A stretch of DNA of 64,000 nt, taken from NCBI RefSeq assembly GCF_038025025.1, contig NW_027117346.1, positions 1,240,001-1,304,000 on the forward strand, given 5' to 3'. Made by a program: the position numbers and the translations under genes. The notes below the pieces were generated by a model. The model saw nothing but the letters and a program-made list of their open reading frames with translations, was not told the DNA's origin and made no database searches. This DNA is from Phyllosticta citribraziliensis. Its lineage: Eukaryota. Shown here in pieces: positions 1 through 11,076 of this stretch (positions are counted from its first letter, which is position 1; the number at the start of each line of letters is the position of its first letter).

Positions 1-1714
1 CACAGAACCCCTTGGGCTGCCCAGCCTTTCCAACTCGCACACGCTGCACACCACCTCCGCCTCTGGTTTTTCGACTTTGCCGATCCAACTCATTTGATCT
101 GTATGGCCCTGCCATGACAAATCAGCATTTGAACCTACCTTTGCCGTGGAGGCGGCCTGAGGGCCTTGCACGTTTCCCGTCAACCACTGCCGACACCACA
201 TGGGATGCGGCCCACTTCATCCGGAAAGGCAGTCTTACCCCTACCACACCACCACCCTACATACCTACCCTACCCTACACCCAGCCAACTATCACCTCCC
301 TAGCCATTCACCCACGCCCGTCCACCCAACCAGAGGCACCCAACCAATCCATCTACGCGGTGCCGCTAGCTGCATGCAAGCTTGCTGCACCTGCATACCT
401 ATGCATGTATGTCCTATGCGCAGACACGTACGGACATGCCAGCTGCAACGTGCGCGTGCCTGCCCGCCGCCCGCCCGCCCATCGTCGTCTGCGTATTCGT
501 CGACCGACCGACTGCCCTGGGCTGGGCTGGGCTGCGCTGCGCTGCGCTGCTAAGAAAAGAAAAGCCGCGGCATCTTCCGCTCGGGGCTGGATGGTGAAGA
601 TGGGCTGTCTGTGGTGGGGCCAGGTACGTACGATAGATAGGACCACGACGATATGGTGTGCTTTGTAAGGCGAGAGGACGCTGGTCGATCGCTCAGATGA
701 GGCTCGTGATGAAGATGGGTGGAGAAGTAGGTGAACTTGGTAGTGAGTGCTTGCGGCTGTAGAGACCCCTGAATTTCCTCCAGGCTGTGAAGAGACTCGC
801 CTTCGATTCTAATTTCGTCATCGTCATGCTCATTGCTATTCATTTCCCTCTCTACCTTTCGTTCGCGCCAACTCTACCCAAAAAAGGAAGTCACCTGGGC
901 TGTAAATGCCAGCCAGCCAACGACTGTCGCCTAGTCGGCTGCCACGCTGATTGTAGTCATGTTACGTGTTTGGTTGAGACGCCGACGTTGCTCGCATCCT
1001 TCTTATTCTACTTCCGAATGCTATTTTGAAGTGTTCTTCTTCCTCTTCACTTTGTTGTGATTTTGGAGGTGCAGATTGCAGCGAGGCAGACGTGACACGG
1101 GATGCAGGGGTTCGATGAAGGGCACGCAGACAGATGAGGTGATTTGAAGAAAATGTTAGATGTGGCGCATGAAACTGTGGCGAAGAGCAGGAAATTAAAT
1201 GCAGGTAGACGCGAAGCATTATTGCCATCACGGCCTGTGTAGCGCACGATTGAGGGAATGGTGGGCAATCGGGTACGTGAGAAGGAACGAAGGGGACAGA
1301 GTTGGACAGAGTGCAAGGGAGGTTCGGTCAAGCAGTCAGGCAAAAAGAAGGAATGCAATCTCTGCTCGCTCAATATCAGACCAGCGAGGTTTTTTGGCGT
1401 TGGGAAGAGGGGAGAGTGGATGAAGGTCAAGGGTCGGAATCACAGAGATTGATGGACATGGGCGATGGGAATGCAATAGTACAGCAGCGAGGACAACTTC
1501 ATCACAGTGAGGACGACAACGTGAAAAAAGTGGAACCACTCGATTCGCGGTACTCCAGACGCCAATAAAGGATGAGCGGCCCAGCGGCTCCCATGGTATT
1601 TAGCCAGCTACCCTACGATACGAAGACGCCTTAGCCTTGCCCGTCGTAACCCATCCCAATAAAAAACAGCTTTTTGATTGCCCATCACGCAGCAGCATGC
1701 CGTAGCAGCCGCAC

Positions 1715-3096
1715 TTAGTTCATCTGGCGGATGAGGGCGTTGATGTGGTCCTCACGGTTGCCAAGGTCACCACCCTCGACGAAGTGCTTGAACTTGCGGG
1801 GACGGAAGCCACCAGTGGGGTTGGACAGCTTGAAGGGCCACAGGAAGTTGCAGGCCTGCTTGAAGTTGGGGCCGACGGTGTAGATCTCGTGGATCAGGTC
1901 CTCGATGCAGACAATGCCGAGCTGGCCGAGGTTCTCCTCGATGATGGCGTTGTCGGTCAGCGGGATGCGCTGCTTGTTGACCTTGCCGTAACCGCGCTTG
2001 TAGATGAGCTCGCGGACGGACTTGAGGTTGGGGTAACCGTAGGCGATGTAGGGCTCGACGATCTTGAGCATCTCCGAGGTGGCCTTGGTGAGCTTGACGA
2101 AGACACCGTTGTTGATCTGGAGCAGACGGAGGAGCTGGAGGGTCTTGCGCTTCTTGGGGTCGATCTTGTTGATACCCTTGATGCGGGTCACGAAGACGAG
2201 CCTGGACTCGGCGGGGACGTAGAAAGAGCCCTCCTGCTTGGCAACACGAGCAAGGCGGACCTTCTCGCGCTCGGCATCGCGGTACTCCTTGACGTAGGAC
2301 TCGGCGCGCTTGAAGATAACCTCACGCTTCTTCTTGTTGGCCTATTGTCATGTTAGTCTGAATCTTCGAGACAACAAAACGGGCGCTGGAGAAGCAGCCA
2401 TTGTCATTCCCGAAAGATGGTTAACGTAGAGACAGCATTGACCCGAGGGTCTAGTCGTCTTGGTTGGTAGTTTGAATCATCCAGGCTGCTTCTCCGTCGC
2501 AAAATGTAAAGACTGTACTGACCTCACGCTTCTTCTGGAGGTCGGCAGCACGGGCCTCCTGGTCCTTCTGCTGAGTCTTGCGCTTCTTGAGAAGCGTCTC
2601 AGGGACGAGGACTTGGTCCTTGGTGGGGATGGTGCTACATGAACCGGCATGTCAGCAGGCTGGCCTTTCGGTGAGCAGAGCGCTCCCAGACGAGAACTGC
2701 GGCAAGTGCGGCATTCCCGACTGAAGATGGACTCGATTGAGAATTTTAATCGATGAGGAACCTAGCCAGCGCGGCAGGAATTACCCTCAAGCGACAAGAC
2801 CTCGAGCAAAGCTCGAGACAGGATGCGCGCACGTAGGGAGAGCGTGGTTTTACCCAGCTCAGCTACGGCGGCAATTCCATTTCAGGGAGAAGACACCTTC
2901 AGCCCCAAGACCCTAGCCATGCATTCTCAACCGCCATGCGAACAGCATGGTCAGAGGAGGACCATGGCCCAGGAGTGTGTATCGAGCTGGTACTGTCGCG
3001 ACAGTATTCTCCAGCAGGAAAGGCCGAACCAGCTGCGTCCTCGTCTCGGGTTCAACGCGACGGGCAGAGGTAGACGTACGACTTGACGGAGACCAT
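1715..3096 (-). CDS. RPL7: 60S ribosomal protein L7 (uL30), 3 exons (3096-3080, 2634-2523, 2341-1715)
   Basis: The spliced product reads [25 protein letters not shown]...[31 protein letters not shown]...[44 protein letters not shown]. Introns GTACGT..TAG (3079-2635) and GTCAGT..TAG (2522-2342) have CTRAC branch sites. Confidence 0.97.
2388..2495 (-). ncRNA. Intronic box C/D snoRNA of the snR39/snR39B/snR59 type (LSU rRNA 2'-O-methylation guide)
   Basis: Lies in RPL7 intron 2. A perfect 12-bp terminal stem (GGAGAAGCAGCC 2388-2399 / GGCTGCTTCTCC 2484-2495) encloses box C-like UGGAUGA (2483-2477), box D-like AUGA (2407-2404) and a 13-nt guide ACCAUCUUUCGGG complementary to LSU rRNA CCCGAAAGAUGGU. 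Confidence 0.85.
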
Positions 3097-3368
3097 TTTG
3101 ACGGGTTGCCGGCGGTGCTGCTGGTGAGTTAGTCGTGAGGCGTGGAGAAGAAAAAGTCGCGGCTCGCCGAAATTTGGATGAGGTGCGCCCTTAGCGAAGG
3201 CGGTCTGCGATGGTCCGAGCGTCGCATGGATCTGCCGGTGCCGCTAGGCGGGAGCTGAACGACAGCTACACCACCGTCAACCGTTGCCTTCGGTTCTCCC
3301 ATCTCCAGACTCTGAGACTTGCTCACATCGTTCTAACAAATTGCTGCTTCTCTGTCAGGATACAAATC

Positions 3369-4222
3369 ATGTCCTCCAACCGTCGCGGCGTCGGCCTCTC
3401 CGCCTTTGACCAACACCGCATCACTCAAGCCCAATATGCCTCGCACGGCACCAACATGCGCGCGCAGCACCTGTCGTCGTTACAAACCCAACTCTCCGTC
3501 TTCCAGTCACTGCTGCACCAGTTCAGCATCACACATGCCAAAGACATCCGTTCCAACCCCACCTTCCGCGCCGAATTTGCCCGCATGTGCAACGCCATAG
3601 GCGTGGACCCGCTAGCATCATCGAACCGCAAAGGTGACGGCGGGAACAAGTCAGGAGGGGGCGGTAGCTTTTGGGCGCAAATGCTGGGCGGCAGCGTCAA
3701 CGACTTCTACTTCGAACTTGCCGTCCGCGTTGTCGAGGTGTGTCGCGAGACGCGGGCGGAGAATGGAGGCATGATTGCGCTGCTCGAGGTCCGGCAGAGG
3801 GTACAAAAGGGTAGGGGCATCGGTGGCGGTATGGAAGTCTCAGAGTACGTAGTTCGAATCATGGCTGTATCCACGAATGCTCATGCGATGACAGTGACGA
3901 CATTTTGCGAGCCGTCAAGTCGTTGGAGCCTCTGGGCTCAGGCTTCACAATTATGAAACTGGGCCACAAGCAAATGATTCGGTCAGTGCCAAAGGAGCTC
4001 AACACCGACCAGTCGGCAGTCCTAGAAGCCATACAAGTGCTGGGATACGTGACGGTGTCGATGTTGCAAATCAACTTGGGCTGGGAACGAGCACGATGCA
4101 TGGCCATCATGGACGACCTCATGACCGACTCGTTGGTCTGGGTGGATAAACAAACGGAAGAGACCGAGTACTGGTCGCCAACATTTATACACGATGCAGC
4201 GGCAGGCGAAGAAGTTGCATGA
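3369..4222 (+). CDS. SNF8: ESCRT-II subunit Snf8/Vps22 (EAP30)
   Basis: MSSNRRGVGLSAF...FRAEFARMCNAIGVDPLAS...DFYFELAVRVVEVCRETRAENGG...RSVPKELNTDQ...YWSP. One intron GTACGT..ACAG at about 3846-3894. Confidence 0.93.
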
Positions 4223-4355
4223 AGAATTGGCCATTTTGGTCTAGCACTTTTATGATACCCATCAAGCTAGCGCGATGCCTTACGCATCTCTCATGAGCCG
4301 TTAGAAAACCTGCATGAATCCTGAATGAAGGTCAGAAAAGCATTCCTCCCCGCGT

Positions 4356-7072
4356 CTAAGCCTGAATCGCCCTTCCCAATGCACCGCCAGTGAATTGACC
4401 GCCCCGGGTTCCACCGCCGAGACCACCCCTGCCACGACCGCGACCGCCACCACGGCCTCCACGGCCGCCACGGCCGCCTTGGCCACCCTGTCTCTCGAAA
4501 GCATTTGCCATGCCCTGTGTTCGCTGCTCCAGAGTCTTCTCGTTTGCTTCGATGAGACCGCTGGCCTTGTCGCTAAGGGTGAGGGCGAGGCTCTGCAGGC
4601 GCGAGAGCTCGACACCCTTGCGGAAGATGATGGCATTGTTGACTTGGTCGAGGGCGGCGGCAAGCTCCTCGTGAGAAATCATCTTGCTGACAACGGCAGC
4701 GACCTTGCGGTCAGACAGCTCGAACATGGAGGCGAGAGTCTTGATGGAGAGGGTGTCGTAAAAGGGGGCGTAGGTGAAGAGGTAGGTCCTGAGACCCTCC
4801 TCCTGGATTTGCTCGGCGAGCATGGCCTTGATCTTGTCCGGCTGGGCCATGAGGTCCCAGATCTTGATGGCGCTGATGAGGTCGACAGCCTTCTTCCACT
4901 CGCCGGCAGCCAGGGCCTTGGAGGCTTGCATGACGTGGTCGCGAGTGTTCTCAGGAGGGCCGGTGAAGATTTGCCTCTCGTGGTACTCTAAGAGCCTGCG
5001 GAAAGTCTTGCTGATGACCCTCTTCCGCACATCAGGCGACGAGCCAACCTGTGCGAGCAGCGGGATCTCGAGAAGCATGGAGCACGTCAGGTAGACGCAC
5101 TCCAGAAGCTCCAGGTTGATGTGCATGTGGAAGGGAAGCTGACGCTGCCTCTCCAACCGCTCCTGCTCGGGCGAGATCTGGGAGTACCTCTGCATCTGCA
5201 GACCCTGCGCCAGCAGCTCCTTTTGCCTGTTGCTACCGCAGATTTCCTGGAGGGAGGTTTGGGCCTCGTAGATGAGACCGGCGCGGAAGGCGCAGAGACC
5301 GACCTGGACCAGGGTCCTGTTGAAAAGGATCTGAGTGTTGACGTCGAAGTTGGAAATCGTCTCCTGGAGATGGGACATGAGCATCATGTCACGGGCCTTG
5401 TAGTAGTGGTCATGCAGCGCCAAGTGGTAAATCTGGCAAAGCATCGCCCTAGCCCTGATGATGCCCTCGCTGTGCTGGAAGAGGTACGTGCAGAGAGTGG
5501 CGAGGAGGTTGGTGATGTCGGAAACCTGTGCGCGGGGGGCGACCGAGGAGTCGAGCTGCGAGGGAATCGTCTTCCAGGAGTTCTCTTCGAGGATGGTGAC
5601 AACTTGGGAGGGCTGGAAAAGTTAGCAGTTTTATCATCAGACCGCTGTTTGCTCCTTACCTTGAAGTAGACGTGCTCCAGACGGCGCATGACGATGCGGT
5701 TGACACTCTCCTGGGGACCCTGGTGCGACTTCTTGATCTCCTCGACGTAGAGCTGAGCGCGAACGATGCTGCTGTAAAGGGCGGTCTCATCCGTGAGCCT
5801 CTCGACGTACTCGGCAGTGTGAGGGTCGATGTGTTGCAACGCGCGAGTGAGCTCGTCGTCCAGACGCTCGATGAAAGACACGATGCTGCCGGGGACCTTG
5901 AAGACCTCGCCTTCCTTGAGGACCGGCTGCTTGTCGTCATCTTCCCATTCCTCGGCGCCCTCAATGACAATAATGTCGCGGTTGTTCTCGAGGGTCAGGA
6001 GGAGCTCCTTGAACTCGGACTCGGCGCTGCAGCAGGTTAGCACTCGTTCGATGGGTGAATACGCAAGACGTACCTCTTCCATTGCTCCTGGGCCATTTGG
6101 TTGCCAGTGCCGGAGGTCAGGTCGAAACGAGTGGGAATAACGGTAAGCAGAACGCGGATTTTTTGGTAATCGGTGTTGGCGACATCAACAAGCTTCTCCA
6201 TGGTGCGAATCTGCTCGAGGCGGTCCGTGTTCTTGCGACCACGGGCCTCGACAATGGTCCGGAGGTGCTTCAGAATGCTCTCCGGGGTGTATGTCATGGC
6301 CTTGCCGCCGGCACCGACCATGGTGAAGCCGTCATCGTCGGCATCCTTGTCGTCGGTCGAGGCCAGAAGAGACGCCTTCTTGGACTTCTTGGGAGTCGGG
6401 GCCACCTCCTCGACGACTTCTTCCACCATGAACTTGTCCGGGTCGGCCCTGTACTGCTCAATCTCCTTGGCGTGGTCCTGCTTGAGCTTGCGCACGCGCT
6501 GGCGGACGGCGTTAAGACCACGCGTCATGGTTGCGTTCATCTTCTTGGGCGTGACCTTTTGCTTCTCAATCGTCTCCAGCATCTTGGTCTCGAGGTCCGA
6601 AATGGCCTTGATGTACACCTTGGGCGTCTTGCCATCGTTTTGCCTGACGAGCGCGGGGACCTGGCGGATCATCTTGTCGAACTCTGTAGCGTAGTTAGTC
6701 TCGCTGCCATCCATCCAGCTTGTCGCGTCACGAACCCGTCGAAATGACTGCCCAGTCGTTGATCTTTTCCGCATTCTCAATCAGCTTGATGGTGCCTTCG
6801 AGCTCCTCGAAACGCTTGTCCTTTGCGCTCTTGACGACCGTCGTCCGCTCCTCATCCTCAGAGTCCGACTCATCCGAGACGTCCTTCAAGAATTTGGACG
6901 CGCCGACGCGGCCACCCTCCTCGTCGCTGGACGAATCATCGTCGCTGTCCTCTTCTTCCTCCTCCTCAGAGCTAGATTCCTCCGCGCTTTGTTCTTCCTC
7001 CTCCTCGCCGTAGAGCTCCTCCTCCTCGGAGGACGACTCGGACGAGCTGTCGCCGGCAAAGAATCGAGACAT
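4356..7072 (-). CDS. NIP1: Translation initiation factor eIF3 subunit c
   Basis: [19 protein letters not shown]-terminus, [50 protein letters not shown] domain and RGG tail. Three short introns near 6.7, 6.05 and 5.63 kb. Confidence 0.96.
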
Positions 7073-7584
7073 GGTTGCGGATGGCGTTGATCCGGCGAGT
7101 CGACTGCGGCTGGGTGGTAGGTGGGGTGGCGCGTGTGGGAGTCGCGGGGATTATTTTGCCTTGTGAGCCCGATAGCATTTCGTGTTGAAGCGAACGCACC
7201 GCATTTTCGGTCTGCGGTGGTCCGTGCGTATCACGTGCATGTCCTTCGCCTGGTCTGCTACCGGTACCGGTTCCCCATTGTTTATCATTCGGAAGCATAG
7301 TGTGGGGAGCAAATAAAGCATCATGCGATCTGGATGCAAGTCCTAGCCTCTGCGTATGGCTGCTGTCAATCTTTTCCTGCACTTCGTTACACAACCTGCC
7401 AAACACGTCTTCACCAGCAACACCATTCCATGATGTTTGATTCATCGACCACTTGAGAAATATCTATACCACAGTCTCTTCTCAATCAGTAACAGGCAAC
7501 AGCATCTTGTGGAATTCAAACCAAACATGCAAACGGAAAAAACTCCCAGCGCCAACAAAGCCAGCCCTTTTTTCCATTCCTTGA

Positions 7585-9066
7585 TCAACCCTCCTCCTTG
7601 TCCATGTCATCACGACCTCTCTTCCCAGCGCCCCGCCGCCCGCGCAACACACTTCCCTTCTTTCCTCTGTTATCGTGCAGGTCCTTCATCTCCCTAACAG
7701 CCACTCTTTGTGCCTCGCCCACCCTATCACTCAGCACCATCACCTCATCCTTGACCACCGGCTCCTCTTCGAGTTTCTTGCTCAGTGCGTTCTCAATTCG
7801 CAGCCAAATCTCCACATCGTACTGTGTAACGAGCGACATCGCCTTGCCCGACTTGCCGGCACGCGCCGTGCGGCCGACTCGGTGGACATATGTCTTAGAG
7901 TCGGGGGGCAGGTCGTAGTTGATGACGTAGGAAACGCTTGGGATATCGAGACCACGCGCCGCAACATCGGTGGCGACGAGGATGTCGCGGGACTTGCTGC
8001 GGAACTTTCCAAGTGCGCCGAGACGCGCAGACTGCGAGAGTTGGCCGTGGAGCGGGATTGCGCCAAAGCCAAGGGTGCGCAACAGGATTGCGATTCTTTG
8101 CGTCTCGTTGACAGTGCGGGTGAATATGATGACGGGATGGCCAATCATGTCGTTAAGGAGGTGAATGAGATAGAGGTCCTTGTGCTTGTGAGGGATGAAG
8201 AGGTACCGCTGAATCAGGGTAGACACGGTCTGGTGGGAAGAGCTCGAGATGGAAACCTTGAGAGGGTTGCTCAAACTGGCGCGCTGCAAGCTCTCGACCT
8301 TGGAGCTGATGGTGGCCGAGAAAAGATACGTTCTCCTTCCCTCCTTGGGCAGGACTTTGAGGATCTTGTCGAGGATGGGACCAAAGTCAAGGTCGAGCAG
8401 TCTGTCGGCTTCGTCCATGACAAGGTACTTGAGATGCCTGAGCGAGAAGCCCTTGGTGTTTTCCAAGTGGTCCAACAGACGACCCGGGGTCGCGACAATG
8501 ATGTGCGGATTCTTGCCCAGGGCAATCTGCTGGGGCGTCATGTCCATGCCTCCGACCAGTACCGCGCACTTGACGCCAATCAGACTGCCGAGCGCCTCGA
8601 ACTGCTGCGAAATTTGGTATGCCAATTCGCGAGTCGGGGCGAGAACCAGTCCAAACAGCTTCTGCTGCCTCTCCATGAGATCTTGTAGAATGGGCAACGC
8701 AAAGGCAGCCGTCTTTCCGGATCCCGTCTCAGCCAGTCCGATCAGATCGCGACCCTCAAGGGCGAGCGGGATGGATTCGACCTGGACTGGCGTTGGGTGC
8801 TTGTATCCTAGTGCCTCGCAGCTGTTGCATAGCTCTTCTATGATGCCAAGATCGCGAAAGGTCTTCTTAGGCTGGGTTTCCTCGCCGTCCGGGCTTTCAT
8901 TTTGGGGTTGCGATTCGTCGCTCTCGCTTTGCGCATCGTTGGCAACAGGTTCGACGGGAGCGCTCTTCTTCTCGGGGACGGATTCAGAGGAGGTTCTTGA
9001 TTTGGTCGCCTTGGGCTTCGCGGCAGCCTTCTCAGAGTCGATCTTGCGCTTCTTGATTGCGGGCAT
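7585..9066 (-). CDS. RRP3: DEAD-box rRNA helicase Rrp3 (DDX47)
   Basis: Intronless 493-aa ORF with [21 protein letters not shown] and [10 protein letters not shown]; family-typical [16 protein letters not shown] and C-terminal DDMDKEEG. Confidence 0.95.
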   Translation of the reverse strand: MPAIKKRKIDSEKAAAKPKATKSRTSSESVPEKKSAPVEPVANDAQSESDESQPQNESPDGEETQPKKTFRDLGIIEELCNSCEALGYKHPTPVQVESIPLALEGRDLIGLAETGSGKTAAFALPILQDLMERQQKLFGLVLAPTRELAYQISQQFEALGSLIGVKCAVLVGGMDMTPQQIALGKNPHIIVATPGRLLDHLENTKGFSLRHLKYLVMDEADRLLDLDFGPILDKILKVLPKEGRRTYLFSATISSKVESLQRASLSNPLKVSISSSSHQTVSTLIQRYLFIPHKHKDLYLIHLLNDMIGHPVIIFTRTVNETQRIAILLRTLGFGAIPLHGQLSQSARLGALGKFRSKSRDILVATDVAARGLDIPSVSYVINYDLPPDSKTYVHRVGRTARAGKSGKAMSLVTQYDVEIWLRIENALSKKLEEEPVVKDEVMVLSDRVGEAQRVAVREMKDLHDNRGKKGSVLRGRRGAGKRGRDDMDKEEG

Positions 9067-9228
9067 TTTGCGTGGTGTAGGTGGTAGGTCGTCGAGTCGG
9101 CGCGAGCTGCCAGGATGAGCGATTGATGGGCCCGCGCGAAAAAAGTCGTTATCGATAAGTATTTTTCAACAAGCTCCATTATTGCGCTTCGGAGGAACTG
9201 CAACACCAAACAAACCCATCCGACAAAA
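9067..9228. promoter_or_regulatory. Bidirectional RRP3/SSF1 promoter with PAC-like, RRPE-like and TTATCGATAA elements
   Basis: 162 bp between divergent ATGs. GATGAGC at 9114-9120, palindrome TTATCGATAA at 9149-9158, TGAAAAATACTT on the minus strand at 9168-9157. Confidence 0.6.
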
Positions 9229-10627
9229 ATGGTAAAGAAGAGAACAAAAACAAGGACGCACGCCGGTGCCAACAAGCCCAAGGCGGCTATCCAGGCCAAT
9301 GATGGTAACCCCAGGAGCATGGTCATCCGAGTGGGAGCCGGAGAAGTCGGACCCAGCGTGTCGCAACTGGTTAGGGACATGAGGCTGGTCATGGAGCCAA
9401 ACACGGCGGCTCGATTGAAGGTATGCCACACGATCCTGGCTATCAACTTCGTGGCTAACCTGTCGACAGGAGCGCAAATCGAACAAGCTGCGCGACTACA
9501 CGACCATGGCGGGCCCGCTGGGCGTAACGCATCTCCTCCTCTTCTCCAAATCGGAATCGGGAAACACAAATCTGCGGTTGGCAAAGAGTCCTCGCGGACC
9601 AACACTACATTTCCGCGTCGAGAAATACTCGCTGTGCAAGGACATCCAGCGCGCGCAGAAGCACCCCATCACCGGCGGCCCTGAGTACCACACGGCGCCG
9701 CTGCTCGTCATGAACAACTTCACCTCCACGCAAACCGCCACGACACCCTCGGCCACCAACCCCGTCCCCAAGCACCTCGAGGCCCTCACAACCACCATGT
9801 TCCAATCCCTCTTCCCGCCCATCTCGCCCGCCGCCACGCCGCTCACCTCGATCCGCCGCGTCCTCCTGCTCAACCGCGTGCCCGACCCGTCCGACCCCAA
9901 CGCCTACATCATCCAGTTCCGGCACTACGCCATCACGACCAAGTCCGTCCGCAAGGACGTCCCGCGCTCGCTGCGCCGCCTCGATCGCGCCACCCGCGAC
10001 GCGAAGCACCGCGGCCTGCCCAACCTGGGCCGCCTCGAGGACGCTGCCGACTACCTGCTCGACCCGGAGGCTGACACGGGCGCCGGCGGCTACACCAGCG
10101 CTAGCGAGACCGAGATTGAGACGGACGCCGAGGTCGAGGTGCTCGAGACGACGCGCAAGGTGCTGAACCGCAAGGAGAAGCAGCGCGCTGCCGCTGCCGC
10201 GGCCGCGGACGGTTCGTCGAAAACGCCGAACGTGAGAAGCAGCGTGGAGAAGAAGGCTGTCAAGCTGGTCGAGTTGGGTCCTCGCATGACTCTGCGGCTG
10301 CAGAAGGTTGAGGAGGGCCTGTGTGGCGGCAAGGTCATGTGGCACGAGCGCATCTCCAAGAGTGCCGACGAGGTGCGTGCCATGGACAAGATGTGGGAGG
10401 GCCGGCGCCAGGAGAAGGAGGAGAGGAAGCGTGTGCAACGGGAGAATGTGGAGAGGAAGAAGAAGGAGAAGGATGAGCTGAGAAAGAAGGGCCAGGAGGT
10501 TAGTGAGAGTGAAGAGGGCGAAGAAATGGACGTGGATAGCGAAGGGGACGAATGGGATAGCGAGGGCTTGGAAGGCGACGACGTTGAGGAAGATGAAGAC
10601 GAGGAGATGGCAGATGGTGGGAGGTAG
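9229..10627 (+). CDS. SSF1: Brix-domain ribosome biogenesis protein Ssf1/Ssf2 (Peter Pan)
   Basis: MVKKRTKTRTH..PRSMVIRVGAGEVG..VMEPNTAARLK, intron about 9421-9469, then ERKSNKLRDYTTMAGPLGVTHLLLFS..RGPTLHF..LVELGPRMTLRLQKVEEG. Confidence 0.94.
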
Positions 10628-11076
10628 TTCATGTGATCTATTCCTTTATCAAAAGTACATTTTCGTGTGCCCACTGACTACAACTTGAATGCTTTTGATT
10701 TTCCTCCATGCTGTGTTCCAAGGTTCTCTTTCAATTGTCAGTATCATCACCCGACCACTCCATCCTGCTCCATTTCTCCCGACGCGTTTAACCAAGAATG
10801 GAGGACCCAAAAGCGATCATCGCCATCACCGTCCTTACACAGGAGAGTGCCCACATCCGCGAATTCCGAGAGTCAAGATCCCCCTGAAAACGTCCCATGA
10901 GGGACGGGGATCTTTCTACAGAAGCGTCACACACAGCTTTCCCTTTTCTCCTCTCTGAAGAAAGCGTGCTCGCATATCCGGTTGCATTTCTCCTTTGGCG
11001 AGGCTTGTCAAATGGCCCCTCCTCTCCTTTTGTTTGGTTGTTTTCCTTCTTCGGTCATGACAAGGAGTTTTCATCA

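Noticed and set aside
1745..10674. Many long antisense or alternative-frame ORFs over RPL7, NIP1, RRP3 and SSF1 (e.g. 7675-8688 +, 9605-10438 -)
   Set aside because: Shadow ORFs caused by strong C/G third-position codon bias; no recognisable motifs.
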